64,000 nucleotides of DNA from an uncultured Holophagales bacterium (GTDB lineage: Bacteria > Acidobacteriota > Thermoanaerobaculia > UBA2201). A program made the translations under genes and the position numbers. Of the stretch, positions 62,022 to 64,000 are shown piece after piece. Each line of letters begins with the position of its first letter. The stretch's first letter is position 1. The notes below the pieces were generated by a model, which saw only the letters and a program-made list of their open reading frames with translations, was not told the DNA's origin and did no database searches. The stretch lies in assembly GCA_964603505.1 (NCBI GenBank), contig CAZRVT010000007.1, positions 2,320-66,319 of the forward strand, read 5' to 3'.

Positions 62022-64000
62022 TCAGGCCTCGGTGGGTTGGGGCGCCAGCCGTGGGAACGGCCAAGGGGCCCAGGCCGCCGCCTCCTCCGGGTCCGGTTCC
62101 GGCTTGGGGTCATGCTCCGGGTCGGGGGGATCGGGCCACAGGCGGAAGGGGGGGATCCGCTGCGGCTCGCAAAGCTCGGCCAGGGCACGATCCCAGCCGC
62201 AACGCTCCACGGCCCGGTCCCGGGCGGCCTGCCGCATGGCCGCCATCGCTTCAGGGCGCTCCACCTCCATCCGCTCCATGTCGAGGAGCGCCCCGACCCA
62301 TGCCTTGAGGTCCCCGGCCGGCAGGATGTACCCCGTCCGCGCATGATCCACCAGGTCCTGCGGCCCGCCCCGATCGGACACCAGGGCCGGCACGCCGCAG
62401 GCCATCGCTTCGGCCACCGCCATGCCGAAGGTGTCGGTGGTGCTGGGGAACACGAACGCGTCGGCGGCCGAGTACCATTCGGGCAGGTCCTCCCACGGCA
62501 GGCGTCCGGCGAAGAGGACGCGGGAAAGGCCGCCCACTTTGCGGCGGAATTCCTCCAGATCCGGGCCATCTCCGGCGAGGATGAGGTTGACGGCGGGCAG
62601 GCGCCGGGCCAGCTCCCGGTAGACCTGGATCAGGAAGCCGATCCCCTTGTCCTCGGAGATCCGCCCGGCGTAGAGGAGCGTGAAGCCCGCCGGCAGGCCC
62701 GTGCGCTGTCGCAGGCGCTTGGAGGCGCCCTCGCGCGGGGTGAACAGTCCGGTGTCCAACCCGTGAGGGAACAGAGCGATGCGTTCGGTGCGGTAGCCCC
62801 GCTCCCGGAGGAGGCGGGCGTAGTGGGGGGTGGCGACCCGCACCTCGTCCATCGCCCCGTAGAACCAGCGGAGTCCCGCCTCGAGCGTCGCGAGCAGCGA
62901 CTCGTCGCCGGTGATGGCCCGGGCCTGGAGGGTGAAATCGGTGTGATAGAACCCGACCGCGGGGACGTTCAGAAGGCGGGCGTAGAGGAGGCCGAGGAGC
63001 CCCACGGGCCCGGGGGTGGAGATGTAGACGATGTCAGCCTCGGAGGCCTGGAGGCGGTCCAACGCTCCAAGGACCGACGGCACCCGGAGAAGGTATCGCT
63101 CGTAGTAGGGCAGGGGGAACACATGGATGGCCGGCAGGTCCTCCACACGGGCGGAGGGCAGGTCCGCCGGCAGCGGCCTGTTCAGGGAAGTAACCAGACG
63201 CAACTCCATCCCCCGGGCCTCGGCCGCCCGAAGGATCCCCTGGAGCGTCACTCCGACCCCGTTGAGGTCGGTCAGGGTGTCGGTGAACCAGAGGATCCGC
63301 TTCCCCTGCTTTTCGGCGGGCGCTTTCAGGGCCCGGCCGGCCTCCTCCAGGAGCTCGCGCCCCTGGAACAGGTGCCGCAGGGTGGTGAAGAACGGGACGC
63401 AGAGGAAGATGCCGGGCAGGGCCCCGGCGATATTGCGCACCATGCCCGCCAGGTCGCCTTCCTTGACGTGGCGCTCGGCGGAGCGGAGGAGCGCCTTGAG
63501 GAACTCGTCGCTGACGCGGGTCAGGCCCGGGTAGAGGTGTTCCAGCCGGTCCGCCACCGGGGCCCCCGTGCCGGCCTTGACCTGGTCCACCAGGTCCAGC
63601 CAGGCCGATTGGAGGCCCTCCTCCCTCCCCTTGCCGAGGAGGCGGAGGCGCGCCACCTTCCAGCGGTTCTGGATGCTCATGGACTTCCGTTCGAAGAGAG
63701 AAGCGGCCAGCTGGTCGATCAGGGTCCCGGCCGCCGATCCGGCCTTGGTTTTGGAGAAGTCGTAGGCGACCTTGTAGACCGTGAAGGCGAGGGCCTTGAA
63801 GTCGCTCGACCGCCCGGCCGGTTCGGACCGCTTCGCTCGGATCGCCTCCAGAAAGGCGGCCATCCCCTCCCCTTCGGCCACGGTGTGCGCCCGCCCGACG
63901 AACAGACCGCCGTGGTCGTCCGAGCCGCCCGTCAACCCCTTGACCCAGGGGGTTTCGGGGGTGGGTTCGATCCGGTGGCGGCGCCGGAGGTCCTCGATCT
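62022..64000 (-). CDS. PHP-domain/GT4 glycosyltransferase fusion (N-terminus outside the window)
   Basis: Frame is open to the window edge. PHP end motif GLTGGSDDH; GT-B motifs FTDTLTDLNGV, STPGPVG, YHTDF, LYAGRISEDKG, FPSTTDTFGMAVAEAMACGVP. Confidence 0.85.
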   Translation of the reverse strand, partial: IEDLRRRHRIEPTPETPWVKGLTGGSDDHGGLFVGRAHTVAEGEGMAAFLEAIRAKRSEPAGRSSDFKALAFTVYKVAYDFSKTKAGSAAGTLIDQLAASLFERKSMSIQNRWKVARLRLLGKGREEGLQSAWLDLVDQVKAGTGAPVADRLEHLYPGLTRVSDEFLKALLRSAERHVKEGDLAGMVRNIAGALPGIFLCVPFFTTLRHLFQGRELLEEAGRALKAPAEKQGKRILWFTDTLTDLNGVGVTLQGILRAAEARGMELRLVTSLNRPLPADLPSARVEDLPAIHVFPLPYYERYLLRVPSVLGALDRLQASEADIVYISTPGPVGLLGLLYARLLNVPAVGFYHTDFTLQARAITGDESLLATLEAGLRWFYGAMDEVRVATPHYARLLRERGYRTERIALFPHGLDTGLFTPREGASKRLRQRTGLPAGFTLLYAGRISEDKGIGFLIQVYRELARRLPAVNLILAGDGPDLEEFRRKVGGLSRVLFAGRLPWEDLPEWYSAADAFVFPSTTDTFGMAVAEAMACGVPALVSDRGGPQDLVDHARTGYILPAGDLKAWVGALLDMERMEVERPEAMAAMRQAARDRAVERCGWDRALAELCEPQRIPPFRLWPDPPDPEHDPKPEPDPEEAAAWAPWPFPRLAPQPTEA

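Noticed and set aside
61765-62064. 99-aa minus-strand ORF and a ~57-codon plus-strand ORF between GH39 and the GT4 gene
   Set aside because: No RBS, no motif and weak coding bias; probably spacer or remnant.

Overview
High-GC bacterial chromosomal DNA, most likely Acidobacteriota (inferred from the ELWxxDGT, TPR-sulfatase, Oar-type TonB receptor and surface-protein families present). I found no rRNA, tRNA, CRISPR array, transposase or integrase. Five blocks are visible. (1) 1-14.7 kb, minus strand: an M16 peptidase pair, a DUF4139 protein, and a wzm/wzt glycan ABC exporter whose two genes are split by a FG-GAP lipoprotein, a candidate S-layer-like protein (consensus sigma70 promoter plus strong terminator) and a 1652-aa surface protein. 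(2) 14.7-22 kb: a translationally coupled XRE-HTH / TPR / exported-protein trio, birA, an ELWxxDGT propeller protein, a yellow/MRJP-family protein, and a roughly 300-nt ORF-free structured region ending in a + strand terminator (candidate ncRNA). (3) 22-34.4 kb: a sigma54-driven TonB-dependent receptor followed by three alkaline-phosphatase-superfamily/TPR proteins and a DsbA-like protein. (4) 34.5-40.2 kb: a short TldD/PmbA pair, an orphan peptide-binding protein, an orphan ParA plus ribbon-helix-helix pair and a GDSL esterase. (5) 40.2-64 kb: an apparent phosphate-starvation neighbourhood with pit, phoU, pstSCAB, a porin, olsBA-like aminolipid genes, a c-di-GMP enzyme, a 1664-aa PHP hydrolase with nuclease-type accessory domains, SPFH and GH39 genes and a PHP-GT4 fusion. 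Up to five promoters in block 5 carry hexamer repeats (roughly CTTMAY) at exact 11-bp spacing, consistent with a lineage-specific Pho box. Family assignments rest on motif recognition by eye; no database search was run.
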